Source: a virus (lineage: Duplodnaviria > Caudoviricetes). Taken from it: DNA of 64,000 bases. A program made the position numbers and the translations under genes. The notes beneath the pieces were generated by a model. The model made no database searches and was not told the origin of the DNA. It was given only the letters and a program-made list of their open reading frames with translations. Positions 10,390-20,245 of this stretch are shown one piece after another (the first letter of the stretch is position 1; the number at the start of each line of letters is the position of its first letter). The DNA lies in IMG/VR virus record IMGVR_UViG_3300035685_000002, positions 39,061 to 103,060 of that record, one strand, 5' to 3'.

Positions 10390-10599
10390 ATGCGGCTAAT
10401 TGATGTTTACAAACCAGGCACTAAGGTTGTTAATAAATTTGACGGGAGAGTTGTTTTTGTTAGTTCGTGCGATCGCTGCCAATACGGTTATTGGACAGTC
10501 ATCAAAGGCAAAGATTTCGCGGTTGCCAGTACCCTGGATTCTCTCATTTTTGCAGGTTGGAAAGCTCAAAGAATTAATTCTCTAGCTGCTAGAATTTAG
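10390..10599 (+). CDS. Small hypothetical protein
   Basis: ATG overlaps the last base of the 16-bp palindrome. Confidence 0.5.
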   Translation: MRLIDVYKPGTKVVNKFDGRVVFVSSCDRCQYGYWTVIKGKDFAVASTLDSLIFAGWKAQRINSLAARI

Positions 10600-10696
10600 G
10601 GGTAATTCCCAGCGCGATTGAGGAGATGTTGAGACCATCCCCGCGATCGCATTACCACTGGGGCTATTCACCAGAAACGACCTGGCAAACAGCATG
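10587..10696 (+). promoter_or_regulatory. Extended -10 (TGCTAGAAT) plus conserved structured leader, copy 1
   Basis: Homologous to 54681-54787 (minus strand); two predicted hairpins. Confidence 0.7.
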
Positions 10697-11539
10697 ACCA
10701 ATATAGCAGCCCATGAGGGTATGTGCGAGATTATCCGTCAAACTGAAGACGGCATCGAGTTCTATACCGTTACATCTACAGGTAAATCAGGAATGAGCCA
10801 ATCAGGATTATCCGTCTTGGCAGGTGTAACCAGGCAAGCAATCATCAAACTCGAAGAAACCCTCGTAACCAAAGCCCCTTCAAAATCGTTAGAACCCTTT
10901 GTAGGTAAAGACTTGACCCTTGTAACCGAAAACGAAGCTTTTGTAGAAGGCAAGCCTGTCGGCAATCTGAGGATCTACAGTTCTGGTTTTTGTAGCAGTG
11001 TGATTCAGCACTATGCCTTTAAGGGTAATGAGACTGCTCAGTATAGCATGGGCAAATTTTCCGATATGGGAATCGAAAGGTGGATTCAGCAAATAACTGG
11101 ATGGAGTAAGTCGGAACCCCAAGGACAGCCTTACTGGTATCGTCGCCTTATTATGTATCGTGAGAAGACGAGAATTCCGGTCGGCTACTTCTCTGTGTTT
11201 GAGGAAATCATCTCGCTAATCGGAGACCTAGAAGCTCAAGGATACGTTATTCCAGCCGGATGCGTCCCTGATGCCTCTGTCGGTAAATGCTGGGCAACCT
11301 ATCTCCGGAAGGTAGAGAAGATTAATCCCAAAGATGTCGCTCTGAAGTACAAGCACTACTACCCGGACTGGGCGCACTCCGTCAAGGCATTTATCTATCC
11401 CCTGGAATTCTTACCTAAGTTCCGAATCTGGATGGAGGAAACTTACAAGCCGATTAAAATGGTTGCATATTTCCAGAAGAAAGATCCAACGGCGATGCCA
11501 TCAGTTTGCAAGTTGCTTGGTCTGCCGGAAGGAAAATAA
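10694..11539 (+). CDS. BstA-like protein (KilA-N-like N-terminus plus BstA-type C-terminus)
   Basis: PxGYFSVFxE, PDxSVGxxW, YxHxYP and YPxxxLxxFRxWxxxxY motifs recalled from the BstA family. Confidence 0.6.
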   Translation: MTNIAAHEGMCEIIRQTEDGIEFYTVTSTGKSGMSQSGLSVLAGVTRQAIIKLEETLVTKAPSKSLEPFVGKDLTLVTENEAFVEGKPVGNLRIYSSGFCSSVIQHYAFKGNETAQYSMGKFSDMGIERWIQQITGWSKSEPQGQPYWYRRLIMYREKTRIPVGYFSVFEEIISLIGDLEAQGYVIPAGCVPDASVGKCWATYLRKVEKINPKDVALKYKHYYPDWAHSVKAFIYPLEFLPKFRIWMEETYKPIKMVAYFQKKDPTAMPSVCKLLGLPEGK

Positions 11540-11563
11540 CAATAAGCTAGTTTACTTCTAGCC

Positions 11564-11598
11564 ACAACAAAAAGCGACCTATCAGGTCGCTTTTTGTT
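11564..11598. terminator. Bidirectional intrinsic terminator
   Basis: ACAAAAAGCGACCT-ATC-AGGTCGCTTTTTGT between convergent genes. Confidence 0.8.
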
Positions 11599-11625
11599 AT
11601 TTAATCTAAAACGAGTCTTACGCAA

Positions 11626-12057
11626 CTATCCCTGTCTTTCCCATCCTCTATAGCAACTAATAATCTGCTGATATCGCTCATCGATTTCATAGGCAAATCC
11701 AAGCATATAGGGATCTAGTTCTTCATTGTAATATCCTTTTTTTTCTCCGTGTACTTGCTCTCCCCAGATAACTACAAGATTTTGTCGTATATAAATCTCT
11801 GATTCTTTGGGCAAAATAATGCTGTAGTTTGTGTCCACCCAAGGAGAATTGAAAGTTGCAAAGAATATATCACCGACGATTACTGGAAAGGCTTCTTCAA
11901 ATTCTGCTTCACCAACTTCTTTGATACATAGAACTTGAACTTTTATCTCCAAGCCTTTGTAAAAAGATAGGTCTTGTAGAATCCTCGACACAATCCAGTT
12001 AGGGCAATTGGTTGCCCACTCTGGAGACTTGATTAATTTATCTTGCATTGTTCTCAA
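11626..12057 (-). CDS. Hypothetical protein (accessory cassette)
   Basis: Promoter motif at 12064-12087 (minus). Confidence 0.7.
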   Translation of the reverse strand: MRTMQDKLIKSPEWATNCPNWIVSRILQDLSFYKGLEIKVQVLCIKEVGEAEFEEAFPVIVGDIFFATFNSPWVDTNYSIILPKESEIYIRQNLVVIWGEQVHGEKKGYYNEELDPYMLGFAYEIDERYQQIISCYRGWERQG

Positions 12058-12143
12058 CTTAATTGTTTACTGTATTATTTTATCACGTTTAAGAGTTATA
12101 TTAAACCTTTATTAAGAAGGCGACCTACTGAGGTCGCCTTCAA

Positions 12144-12617
12144 TTAGCTGGATTGCTTGAGTCGATGCAGCTCTAAATGCATCGGGTGGTTTGGATATTG
12201 CTGCTGCCAATAGTCTAGACAGCGATCGCAAGCCAACAATCTCAAAGCATCATCATGGGATACCTCTTCAATTGTCCCAACTGGCTCACCATGATCATCG
12301 ATAAGAGTCACAGTAACCACAAATGCCTTAGCTTTCGGGTCATGCATTAAAGTCTCTCGAATATAGGGGAAGCCCCAGTTACAGGTTGCGTTTTTGTCTT
12401 CTTGAGGCATTCCGTCCCACATATACTCCGCAATAGAGTCTGAAATGATAGCTATGTGAGCACTAAATGGCTTCAAGATCCATATCCACTTCTCATCGGA
12501 ATCGCAATTGTTCTTTAACTGATTGCGATTATAGATAATTAGATCATCCTGATGAGAAGTCAAGAGTTCTGGATTGCGAACGGCAATCTCCAGCATCTGC
12601 TCGTAAATTCTTTTCAT
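12144..12617 (-). CDS. Hypothetical protein (accessory cassette)
   Basis: Promoter at 12632-12655; hairpin at 12116-12141. Confidence 0.7.
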   Translation of the reverse strand: MKRIYEQMLEIAVRNPELLTSHQDDLIIYNRNQLKNNCDSDEKWIWILKPFSAHIAIISDSIAEYMWDGMPQEDKNATCNWGFPYIRETLMHDPKAKAFVVTVTLIDDHGEPVGTIEEVSHDDALRLLACDRCLDYWQQQYPNHPMHLELHRLKQSS

Positions 12618-12693
12618 TGATTTACTTAATTTGTTTACTACATTATTTTATCACAAAATGATATAATATTGGTGTAAACTAATCGAGAAAGAT

Positions 12694-13080
12694 ATGTTCA
12701 CAGACAAAGAGCTAAAAACTGTATTGTATGCTCTCAGCTATCTACAAGCTAATTACGACGATGCAGTATTAGACGAGATGGAGTCGGGAGGATTGTTCGA
12801 GACTCAAGAAAATACTCCACTAACTCCTGAACAAATAGAGGGCTTGAGAGAGCGACTAGCTAATGCTGAACCAAAACTGTACCAGGTACAGGTATTTGGA
12901 GAAATGACCTCGCACGAGGGTGAAGCTGAACACACTTCAGAACTAGTTTGGCGATCGCAAGAGGAAGCACTAGCTTATGCAAATGACTTTATTGATGAAG
13001 TCTGCGATCCAGAGATCTACATCAAATCCCTCAAAAGAGAAACAGTCAAAACCAGAGTGATACAACTCGATCTGGAATAG
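12694..13080 (+). CDS. Acidic hypothetical protein (accessory cassette)
   Basis: Promoter at 12657-12680; terminator at 13093-13131. Confidence 0.7.
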   Translation: MFTDKELKTVLYALSYLQANYDDAVLDEMESGGLFETQENTPLTPEQIEGLRERLANAEPKLYQVQVFGEMTSHEGEAEHTSELVWRSQEEALAYANDFIDEVCDPEIYIKSLKRETVKTRVIQLDLE

Positions 13081-13143
13081 CCAGCTATTCCCAAAACAAA
13101 GCCCGCCAGGTTATTGGCAGGCTTTGTTTTGTATGCGGACAGA

Positions 13144-16100
13144 TTAAGCTGCAATCAAAGCAGGCACAACCACCGTTCCCAGATGCTGCACCTCTGCATA
13201 GAATCCCGCATCAATTAGATCCTTAGCTACGCGCTCCGGCTGAACAACCCAGAATCGATGATGGAACCGCACTAGTCGTTCACCGAGTAATGAAGCAACT
13301 GGAGTGGTAGGGGCATCAGGTTTGTGATACTCATCGATTATTGCCTCAATACGCGCCATACTCTCGATTTGTGCCTGCGCCGGGGTTAGATGGATAACCA
13401 ACATCCTGGCATTCTCCAGGGGCATGGCATGGTCAATAACAATCTGTCTTTCATCGTTGTTAACGCCGAGCTTGCCCCAAAGAATCAACTTCTCCCGCTC
13501 CTTTAATAAACCTTTAGTACGCTTATAGGTCGATGGGAACACAACTGCTTTGCAAGATGCAGAAGTGTCCTCCATTCCCTCGATAATCATCATCTCGTCT
13601 CCCTTGCGGGTAAGAATCGGTTTCAACTGAGTCAGGAGAGCAATTACCCTCACTCGCTTGTCATTAGGATGTGACCAGCGTACAACGTAATCGTCACTCC
13701 CCTCAAACCCAATCTCCTCCTTCTCGACAACCTCAGCTAGGGGAATCGGACTGTAAATGTTGATGATTTTTTTAGCATTTTGCAAAGGGTGTCCCGATGC
13801 ATAAAACTGGAGAAACTGTTTCTCCAGGGAGAGTTTCTCGTCAAGGGAGTAGTCTGGAAACGACTTTATAGGTACGGCGCTCCAGTCTATCTGCACCTCC
13901 TCCCCGCCAAGCATATCGAGGAGAGATAGTTGACCGGACGCCTTGTCCTTCTCCTTGCTCTTGAGGGTTCCCGATGCCCAGCCCAGGACACTCTCTAGGT
14001 TCTCTGCCAGCTTTCGCCTGTTGAGATCTATGCTGTCAAATGCCCCACTGTAGATCAGGGCCTCAACAGATCTCTTGTTGAGGTTGGAATTTAATTCCCT
14101 TACTCGGTAGCAGAAATCTTGGAATGACTCGAAGGGGGATGAGGCGCGGGCTTCTAGGATGGACTGGATGATTGTGTCTCCTAGGTTGGCGATCGCGCTC
14201 AACCCAAATCGAATCCCATTACCATCCGGGAAAAACTCCTCTTGAGAGCGGTTAACGTCGGGTGGGTAGATTGGGATTTTCATGGCGATCGCGGCAGCTA
14301 GGTGTTGCTGAAGCTTATCTTTCTTCCCTTGATCATCTGTTAGAAGTGCCGCCATAAACTCTACAGGGTAGTGAGTCTTGATGTAAGCAGTTTGGTATGA
14401 AATATAGCCATATGCCATAGAGTGTGACATATTGAAGCAATACTCGCTAAATTTCTTTATCGCCTCGAATAGATTTCTTGCCACAGACTCTGGAACACCA
14501 TTATTGATACAGCCTGAAATGAATTTATCTTCCTGAAGCTCCATGTCTTTCAAGCTCTTCTTTCCCATAGAGCGCCTTGCAGAGTCTGCCTGTCCAGAAG
14601 TGTAAGAAGCTAAAACCTGGAAGATTTTCATAATCTGCTCTTGATACACCATTTGTCCGTAGGTGTATCCAAGAATCGGTTCTAGCCGAGGGTCTACATA
14701 GGGTTCAATTTCTCCCCTGTTCTTGCCGGCAATGAATTTAGGGATGAATCCATTGTCCAAAGGTCCAGGACGATAGAGGGCCAGGATTGACGAAATATCG
14801 TCAATGCAAACAGGGGCAATCTCTCGAATTGTGGAACGCATACCAGAGCTTTCCATCTGAAAGATACCGTCCATACCTCCTGTTCGGTAGAACTGATAAA
14901 CCGCTGGATCATCCATTGGAAATTTATCAGGATCTAGATCTATTCCTTTGGTTTGTTTCACCAATTTAGAAGCCCTATTGATGGTAGTCAGGTTTTTGAG
15001 TCCTAGAATGTCCATCTTAATAAGACCCAGGTATTCCAAATCTTCCATTGGGTACTGAGTGACGATAGATCCATCTCTGGCAATCATTAATGGAACTATC
15101 GTATCTAGCGGCTCTGCCGAAATAACAACACCGGCTGCATGGACTCCTGATGTTTTGTTGACTCCCTCCAATCTTCGGCTCAGATCTATGAGATTTTTAA
15201 ATCCTGAATCGCTCTCATACTGTTGCTTAAACTCAATAACCGGAGATTCGTCAGATATCATCTTGTTCAGCTTTTCAGGCTTGCCCCGAACAACTGGTAT
15301 TTGTTTCGTATAGTTTTCAACCTCCTTATAAGGAAAATTCAAAACTCGACCGCTATCTTTGATGACAGCCTTGGAGGTTAGTCTGTTGAACGTGATGATT
15401 TGGGCAACGCGATCGCTCCCATACTTCTCCACAAAATACTGAATGACTTCTGGTCTTCTCAAAACACAGAAATCGGTGTCTATATCCGGGTAAGACTTGC
15501 GCTCTTCGTTCAAGAAGCGACTAAATAGTAACCCATGATGAATAGGGTCAATGTTGGTAATCTTCATTGAATACGATACGAGAGATCCAGCGGCTGAACC
15601 CCTGCCAGGTCCAACTGGGATACCCTTAGAACGCGCCCAACGGATTGCATCTCCTACGATGAGAAAATACTGGCACAACCCTTTTCCAGATAGAACACCT
15701 ATTTCATACTCCAGCTGATCTTTGTATTTCTGGTGCAACTCTTTTGGTACTTTTTTGAGTCGCTCCTTCAAACCTTCTTTTGCCCAGGTACGCATATGAG
15801 TCTCAGGTGTCTCTCCTTCTGGTAGGGGAAACTTTGGCTCAGTTGGTTCGGAGAAAAGATCGTAGTCGTCAGTGATGCGATCGCTCACCTTCACTGTATT
15901 AGCGATCGCCCGTTCTACCACATCAGGACTCAGATGGTCTCGAAACAGCAGCCGCATCTCCTCAACGGATTTGAGATACTCAGTCCCGGTGTAGCGCATC
16001 CGTTTCTCATCGCTTACCAATTTTCCGGTTTGGATACACAGCAGGGCGTCATGAGCTTCCACGTCGTAGCAGGAGATGAAGTGGGAGTCATTCGTGGCGA

Positions 16101-16710
16101 TAATCTCAATACCCAGTTCTTCGCCCATCTTCACTAGGACTGGGTTTACTACCCTCTCCTCTGTTTGTCCGTGATCCTGAATTTCTAAGTAGAACCTATC
16201 CCCGAATACTCGTTTGTACCATCTGGTGACTTCGTAAGCCACATCTAACTTTCCAGCCAAAATAGCCTGGGGAATTTCTCCGCCCAGGCAGGCACTGGTT
16301 ACGATCAACCCTTCGTTATATTTTTCTAATAAACCTTTATTAACGCAGGGTCTGGCAAAAATGCCCTTACCCAGGAAACCCTTGAGATGGGAAATGGTCG
16401 TCAGTTTGACCAAATTCTGGTAGCCCTTCTTGTCCATCGCCAGGACAACTTGATGGTACTTGCGGTGACGGGTCGTTTTATCCTCGATGTCGCCGTTAAT
16501 GACGTACATCTCATTGCCGATGATTGCCTTGATGCCCTTCTTGGCGCAGAGCTTAATGAGCTGGATTGCGCCGTGCATCACTCCGTGATCTGTGATGGCG
16601 ATCGCCTTTATTCCTAGCTCCACGCAATAGTCAAGCAGCTTGTCGATCTGGCTAGCACCATCCAGGAACGAGTAGTCAGTGTGAATATGTAAAGGTACGA
16701 ACTGGGTCAT
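13144..16710 (-). CDS. dnaE: DNA polymerase III alpha subunit, contiguous and intein-free
   Basis: PHP domain LHIHTDYS..DG, GRGSAAGS, PDIDTDF, HAAGVV, EYCFNxSH and a C-terminal OB fold. Confidence 0.97.
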   Translation of the reverse strand: MTQFVPLHIHTDYSFLDGASQIDKLLDYCVELGIKAIAITDHGVMHGAIQLIKLCAKKGIKAIIGNEMYVINGDIEDKTTRHRKYHQVVLAMDKKGYQNLVKLTTISHLKGFLGKGIFARPCVNKGLLEKYNEGLIVTSACLGGEIPQAILAGKLDVAYEVTRWYKRVFGDRFYLEIQDHGQTEERVVNPVLVKMGEELGIEIIATNDSHFISCYDVEAHDALLCIQTGKLVSDEKRMRYTGTEYLKSVEEMRLLFRDHLSPDVVERAIANTVKVSDRITDDYDLFSEPTEPKFPLPEGETPETHMRTWAKEGLKERLKKVPKELHQKYKDQLEYEIGVLSGKGLCQYFLIVGDAIRWARSKGIPVGPGRGSAAGSLVSYSMKITNIDPIHHGLLFSRFLNEERKSYPDIDTDFCVLRRPEVIQYFVEKYGSDRVAQIITFNRLTSKAVIKDSGRVLNFPYKEVENYTKQIPVVRGKPEKLNKMISDESPVIEFKQQYESDSGFKNLIDLSRRLEGVNKTSGVHAAGVVISAEPLDTIVPLMIARDGSIVTQYPMEDLEYLGLIKMDILGLKNLTTINRASKLVKQTKGIDLDPDKFPMDDPAVYQFYRTGGMDGIFQMESSGMRSTIREIAPVCIDDISSILALYRPGPLDNGFIPKFIAGKNRGEIEPYVDPRLEPILGYTYGQMVYQEQIMKIFQVLASYTSGQADSARRSMGKKSLKDMELQEDKFISGCINNGVPESVARNLFEAIKKFSEYCFNMSHSMAYGYISYQTAYIKTHYPVEFMAALLTDDQGKKDKLQQHLAAAIAMKIPIYPPDVNRSQEEFFPDGNGIRFGLSAIANLGDTIIQSILEARASSPFESFQDFCYRVRELNSNLNKRSVEALIYSGAFDSIDLNRRKLAENLESVLGWASGTLKSKEKDKASGQLSLLDMLGGEEVQIDWSAVPIKSFPDYSLDEKLSLEKQFLQFYASGHPLQNAKKIINIYSPIPLAEVVEKEEIGFEGSDDYVVRWSHPNDKRVRVIALLTQLKPILTRKGDEMMIIEGMEDTSASCKAVVFPSTYKRTKGLLKEREKLILWGKLGVNNDERQIVIDHAMPLENARMLVIHLTPAQAQIESMARIEAIIDEYHKPDAPTTPVASLLGERLVRFHHRFWVVQPERVAKDLIDAGFYAEVQHLGTVVVPALIAA

Positions 16711-16781
16711 TCTGATTCACCACAATAAATGTTTAATGAAAACGCGAAAATCGCCAGTTATTGATAACTGGCGATTTAATT

Positions 16782-17195
16782 CTAGGGATTTACGATGTCA
16801 GCAAGCTTTCGCTCTATTTCAGCCCATCTCTTAACAAGATCTGATTCCGAGTTAGATTCTTGATAAGCTTGTCTCCACTTTTTGTTAGCAATTAGGTAAA
16901 CCATCCATAAGATGTCTATTGCTCCCGTGGTTTCACCCGCATCGTCTGTAGGTTCATCTACATAGCAGGTGACTACCCATTCGACAGCTTCCTTGGTTAC
17001 AGGCTCTGACATGATAAACTCTGCATCCATTCGTTTGAGTTCCTCGTAGGATAGGTTTATCTTTCGAGAACCAAGCATTACTGCAATACTGTCGGGATAG
17101 GTATCTGTCACATAGAACTGGGCTTCATGTCCCATTCCTGCATTCATTTTGATACTGTCTCCAGTTTTGGCGTTGTAATTCACTTTATTGTTCAT
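16782..17195 (-). CDS. Hypothetical protein (accessory cassette)
   Basis: Promoter at 17210-17233; terminator at 16748-16777. Confidence 0.7.
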   Translation of the reverse strand: MNNKVNYNAKTGDSIKMNAGMGHEAQFYVTDTYPDSIAVMLGSRKINLSYEELKRMDAEFIMSEPVTKEAVEWVVTCYVDEPTDDAGETTGAIDILWMVYLIANKKWRQAYQESNSESDLVKRWAEIERKLADIVNP

Positions 17196-17287
17196 CTAAG
17201 TCTTTAATGTGTTTACTTAATTATTTTATCACATAACTGCTCACAAACAAACAAGCAGCGGCGCGGTTGCACTGCTGCTTGTTTGTT

Positions 17288-17569
17288 TTACGACTTCATC
17301 GAGAACTGGTAGTCAGCTGTCTCGATATCCAGTTCTTGAAGATACTCTCTGAAATCATCTGGGGTCTTGCTCGTTGTCAGGATGCGAACGTTTGGGCTAA
17401 CTAGTGCCGCGATCGCACTCCTATTTTTCTCCCTCACAAGCTCCATCCTTGCAGACATGGCTTCCGGTTCTTCGAGGATTACATAGTCCAGATTGGATAG
17501 CAGATCCTCGTCGGTGCCGTTAACAATAGCTGCTGGATTGGTGATGATTACTTCTTGTTGTTGTAACAT
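17288..17569 (-). CDS. Hypothetical protein
   Basis: 93-aa ORF with downstream terminator at about 17245-17288. Confidence 0.65.
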   Translation of the reverse strand: MLQQQEVIITNPAAIVNGTDEDLLSNLDYVILEEPEAMSARMELVREKNRSAIAALVSPNVRILTTSKTPDDFREYLQELDIETADYQFSMKS

Positions 17570-17708
17570 TGAGAAAACTCCAGGTTTTTAGACTGGGCGA
17601 TCGCTAGTTATCTAGGCAGGCGATCGCTTTGTCTTTGTTTACTCTTTTATTATAGTATATTTGTGATAACAATGCAAGTAAAAACCCCGGCATATCCGGG
17701 GTTTGAAG

Positions 17709-17990
17709 TTAGCGCCTATTGGTCGCAATGTTTATGCATTGCTGGTAGTAGTGAACCCTTGATTCGATTCGCTCACAGAAGTCCTGATCTGCGGCAGCAC
17801 GGTCGTCTTTGGAAAAATATTTTCCGCTAAAGAATCCAACGGATAAGCCTCGTTTGGCTTCTTCGACATGATCCATGTTTATTAGATATGTTCCAAAGGA
17901 TTGGTCATCATATTGAACCAGTGCTACCGCTAGTCGAACCGTTGCTGGTTCTTTAGGTAGCTCTACTTTCATGAGAATTTTCATGATCAA
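17709..17990 (-). CDS. Hypothetical protein (accessory cassette)
   Basis: Variant promoter at about 18004; hairpin at 17680-17704. Confidence 0.65.
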   Translation of the reverse strand: MIMKILMKVELPKEPATVRLAVALVQYDDQSFGTYLINMDHVEEAKRGLSVGFFSGKYFSKDDRAAADQDFCERIESRVHYYQQCINIATNRR

Positions 17991-18076
17991 TAGCCTGCTA
18001 ATATGTTTACCTTTTTATTATACTCTGTTTGTTATAACAAAACAACGAAACCCCGGAAAATCCGAGGTTTCTGAGT

Positions 18077-18361
18077 CTATAACAGTGAAACGTTTGCTTT
18101 GATTACTTTTTCCCCCACTTGGACGTACCACTGGTATCTTCCGCCCCATTGATTAAGAGCTATTCCCCTCTGAGGGGACGTTGGGGAAACGTCGCTGTCT
18201 ACGTCATTGATGATATAGACTTTGTTGCCAGTTTGAACTGGGATAACTTCTATTTCTTCTGGATTATCTACGGGAATAGCTTCTCCGTTATACAGAAAAA
18301 ATGTACCATTATCGTTCCAAAAGGCGAATCCTTCCTTGCCCTGATATCGTACTTTTTGCAT
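18077..18361 (-). CDS. Hypothetical protein (accessory cassette)
   Basis: Promoter at 18382-18405. Confidence 0.65.
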   Translation of the reverse strand: MQKVRYQGKEGFAFWNDNGTFFLYNGEAIPVDNPEEIEVIPVQTGNKVYIINDVDSDVSPTSPQRGIALNQWGGRYQWYVQVGEKVIKANVSLL

Positions 18362-18448
18362 AGCTAATAAACCTTTAATAGCGTTTACTGTTTAATTATA
18401 TCATAATGTGATAAAATATACTTGTAAACACGAAACAGGTATTTACTC

Positions 18449-19078
18449 ATGGACATTCAAGACCATCTCGCAGATTACGCCAAAGAGCTGCGAGGCAACT
18501 GGCAAAAGTTTGAGTGTTTTATCTGGCACAGGGAAAGAGACTTACTTGATCCAGAAAACTGGGCAGTCATTTATACATCTGGTCGAGACAGCGGACTTGC
18601 TACTCAAAGCAATGCAGCCGCGATCGCCAAGGCTCTGGAACCGTTCCTAGAGGATGAGCAGGAGAATATCTTTAATGAATCTCACAGTCATTGGGCTGTT
18701 GGATATCTAGATGGATACTGCATCCGCGTTCATCCTCTTGATGACAAAAAGATTCCAGTGCTAGACGAATATACTCCGGCTTTTCGGAAATATTGTGAGT
18801 TAGCACTAGCCTTGAAGAATTACCCGATCCTGGATGAAGAAGACTGGTCAAATCGTTCCTACGAAGCGACCGTTGAAAATATCAAGAATGAAGGTCGTAA
18901 CCTAATCAAAGATGGAGTCGAAGAAGACTGGGCAGAAAATGTCTATTCCTGGCTTTATGAAAACGAGCAGGGTGAAATCGAGGATATCGATGACCAAGGT
19001 GCTTATCCATCGGAGGATGCGATCGCACTCGCCCTAAAGGCACTCGATATGCTTGATGAGGAATACGCAGAAGCATGA
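18449..19078 (+). CDS. Acidic hypothetical phage protein (accessory cassette)
   Basis: Promoter at 18407-18430; terminator at 19088-19115; HWAVGY motif. Confidence 0.75.
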   Translation: MDIQDHLADYAKELRGNWQKFECFIWHRERDLLDPENWAVIYTSGRDSGLATQSNAAAIAKALEPFLEDEQENIFNESHSHWAVGYLDGYCIRVHPLDDKKIPVLDEYTPAFRKYCELALALKNYPILDEEDWSNRSYEATVENIKNEGRNLIKDGVEEDWAENVYSWLYENEQGEIEDIDDQGAYPSEDAIALALKALDMLDEEYAEA

Positions 19079-19116
19079 CATAGAGTAAAAAAAGCCCCCA
19101 TATTGGGGGCTTTTTG

Positions 19117-19779
19117 CTATCTGCGCGTCTTTTTAATCAAATCCCTGTTAGCTGTATAGAATCCCTGCGAGCTGGGATCGGCAAACCACTTCCCCTGTTC
19201 CTTACCGCTAGTAAGAGAGCCTCCGATCCTACTCAATGCAAGCGCCCGCACTCTATCATCATCAATTCTTCCGTATAACTCGGTCATAATGCTGCTGCGA
19301 TGCATTAACCTGTCGTCGTTCTCTTTTAGGATGAGGGAAATAGCATCCACCTTCTTCATCCCGCTAAATCTAGGCAAAAAGTCAATCTCAACGTTACCGT
19401 CATCACTCATTCGGACAGTAGCGAGGGGAGTTTCTTCTCCCTCGAAATCTAGAACAATATCCTCGTCACTCTCGCCTTCGGTATTCGGCTCCTCTTCAGT
19501 TGGTACATCGAGAGGAATCGCCTGCTGCTGGTAGTGCCCGTTGCTACTGGGAGGTGCGGCGGGAGTTGCAGAAGTCAATCCAAGTTGGAGAGTGCCCTGC
19601 ACTAGACCCTCCGCCTGACTCCTTAAACTCTCTGCGACTGACAGTTTCGATTCAACTTCTTCTAGCCGCTGTCTCAGCTCTTCTGCTTCTTTGCGAAGTG
19701 AGTCAGATAAATCAGAATAATAAACCTTTAATATATTCGCAGCGTCAAGTGGATTGTTTAGTATAACTTCTTGTTGCAT
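19117..19779 (-). CDS. Coiled-coil protein with possible C-terminal winged helix
   Basis: N-terminal heptads, acidic linker and wHTH-like C-terminus; start MQQEVIL chosen. Confidence 0.55.
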   Translation of the reverse strand: MQQEVILNNPLDAANILKVYYSDLSDSLRKEAEELRQRLEEVESKLSVAESLRSQAEGLVQGTLQLGLTSATPAAPPSSNGHYQQQAIPLDVPTEEEPNTEGESDEDIVLDFEGEETPLATVRMSDDGNVEIDFLPRFSGMKKVDAISLILKENDDRLMHRSSIMTELYGRIDDDRVRALALSRIGGSLTSGKEQGKWFADPSSQGFYTANRDLIKKTRR

Positions 19780-19814
19780 TTCAGTGTATAAAGCTATAGT
19801 TAAATGATACTCAT

Positions 19815-20102
19815 ATGCGTAGAGATATGGCACCCGATACCGGCAGCAGAAAATATTTCGACAAAGAGCTAGGGAATAGGAAGAAGACTATTCAAGTCCA
19901 AGCCCATGACAGAGTGATCGTTTCACGGATATACGACTATATATGCGAAGGGTGCGATCGCCGCACTATCCGAGAAACCTTCTCCTTCCGATGTCCTTTG
20001 TACTGTGAGAAGTGCAGACCCCCACAGGAAATAAAAGGCAGGAGGTTGCACAACAGGAAAAAAGAAGAGCAGAAGTTGTATCGGCAACTGTCGCTGGTAT
20101 AG
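19815..20102 (+). CDS. Zinc-ribbon protein
   Basis: CEGC...YCEKC. Confidence 0.6.
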   Translation: MRRDMAPDTGSRKYFDKELGNRKKTIQVQAHDRVIVSRIYDYICEGCDRRTIRETFSFRCPLYCEKCRPPQEIKGRRLHNRKKEEQKLYRQLSLV

Positions 20103-20245
20103 GACAAACCCCCTCCTCAATCGAGAAGGGGGTTTTAGTTTAGGCGTCACGCCTATTCATCCCTGTCGTCGTGCCTATGTTCTTCTATCCACTTTTCTGA
20201 ACAGCAGCCGATCTCTTGATACAGGTCTCCGACCAACCCTTTTAC

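Noticed and set aside
14400-14470. Intein in dnaE
   Set aside because: EY-CFN is contiguous and the protein length is normal.
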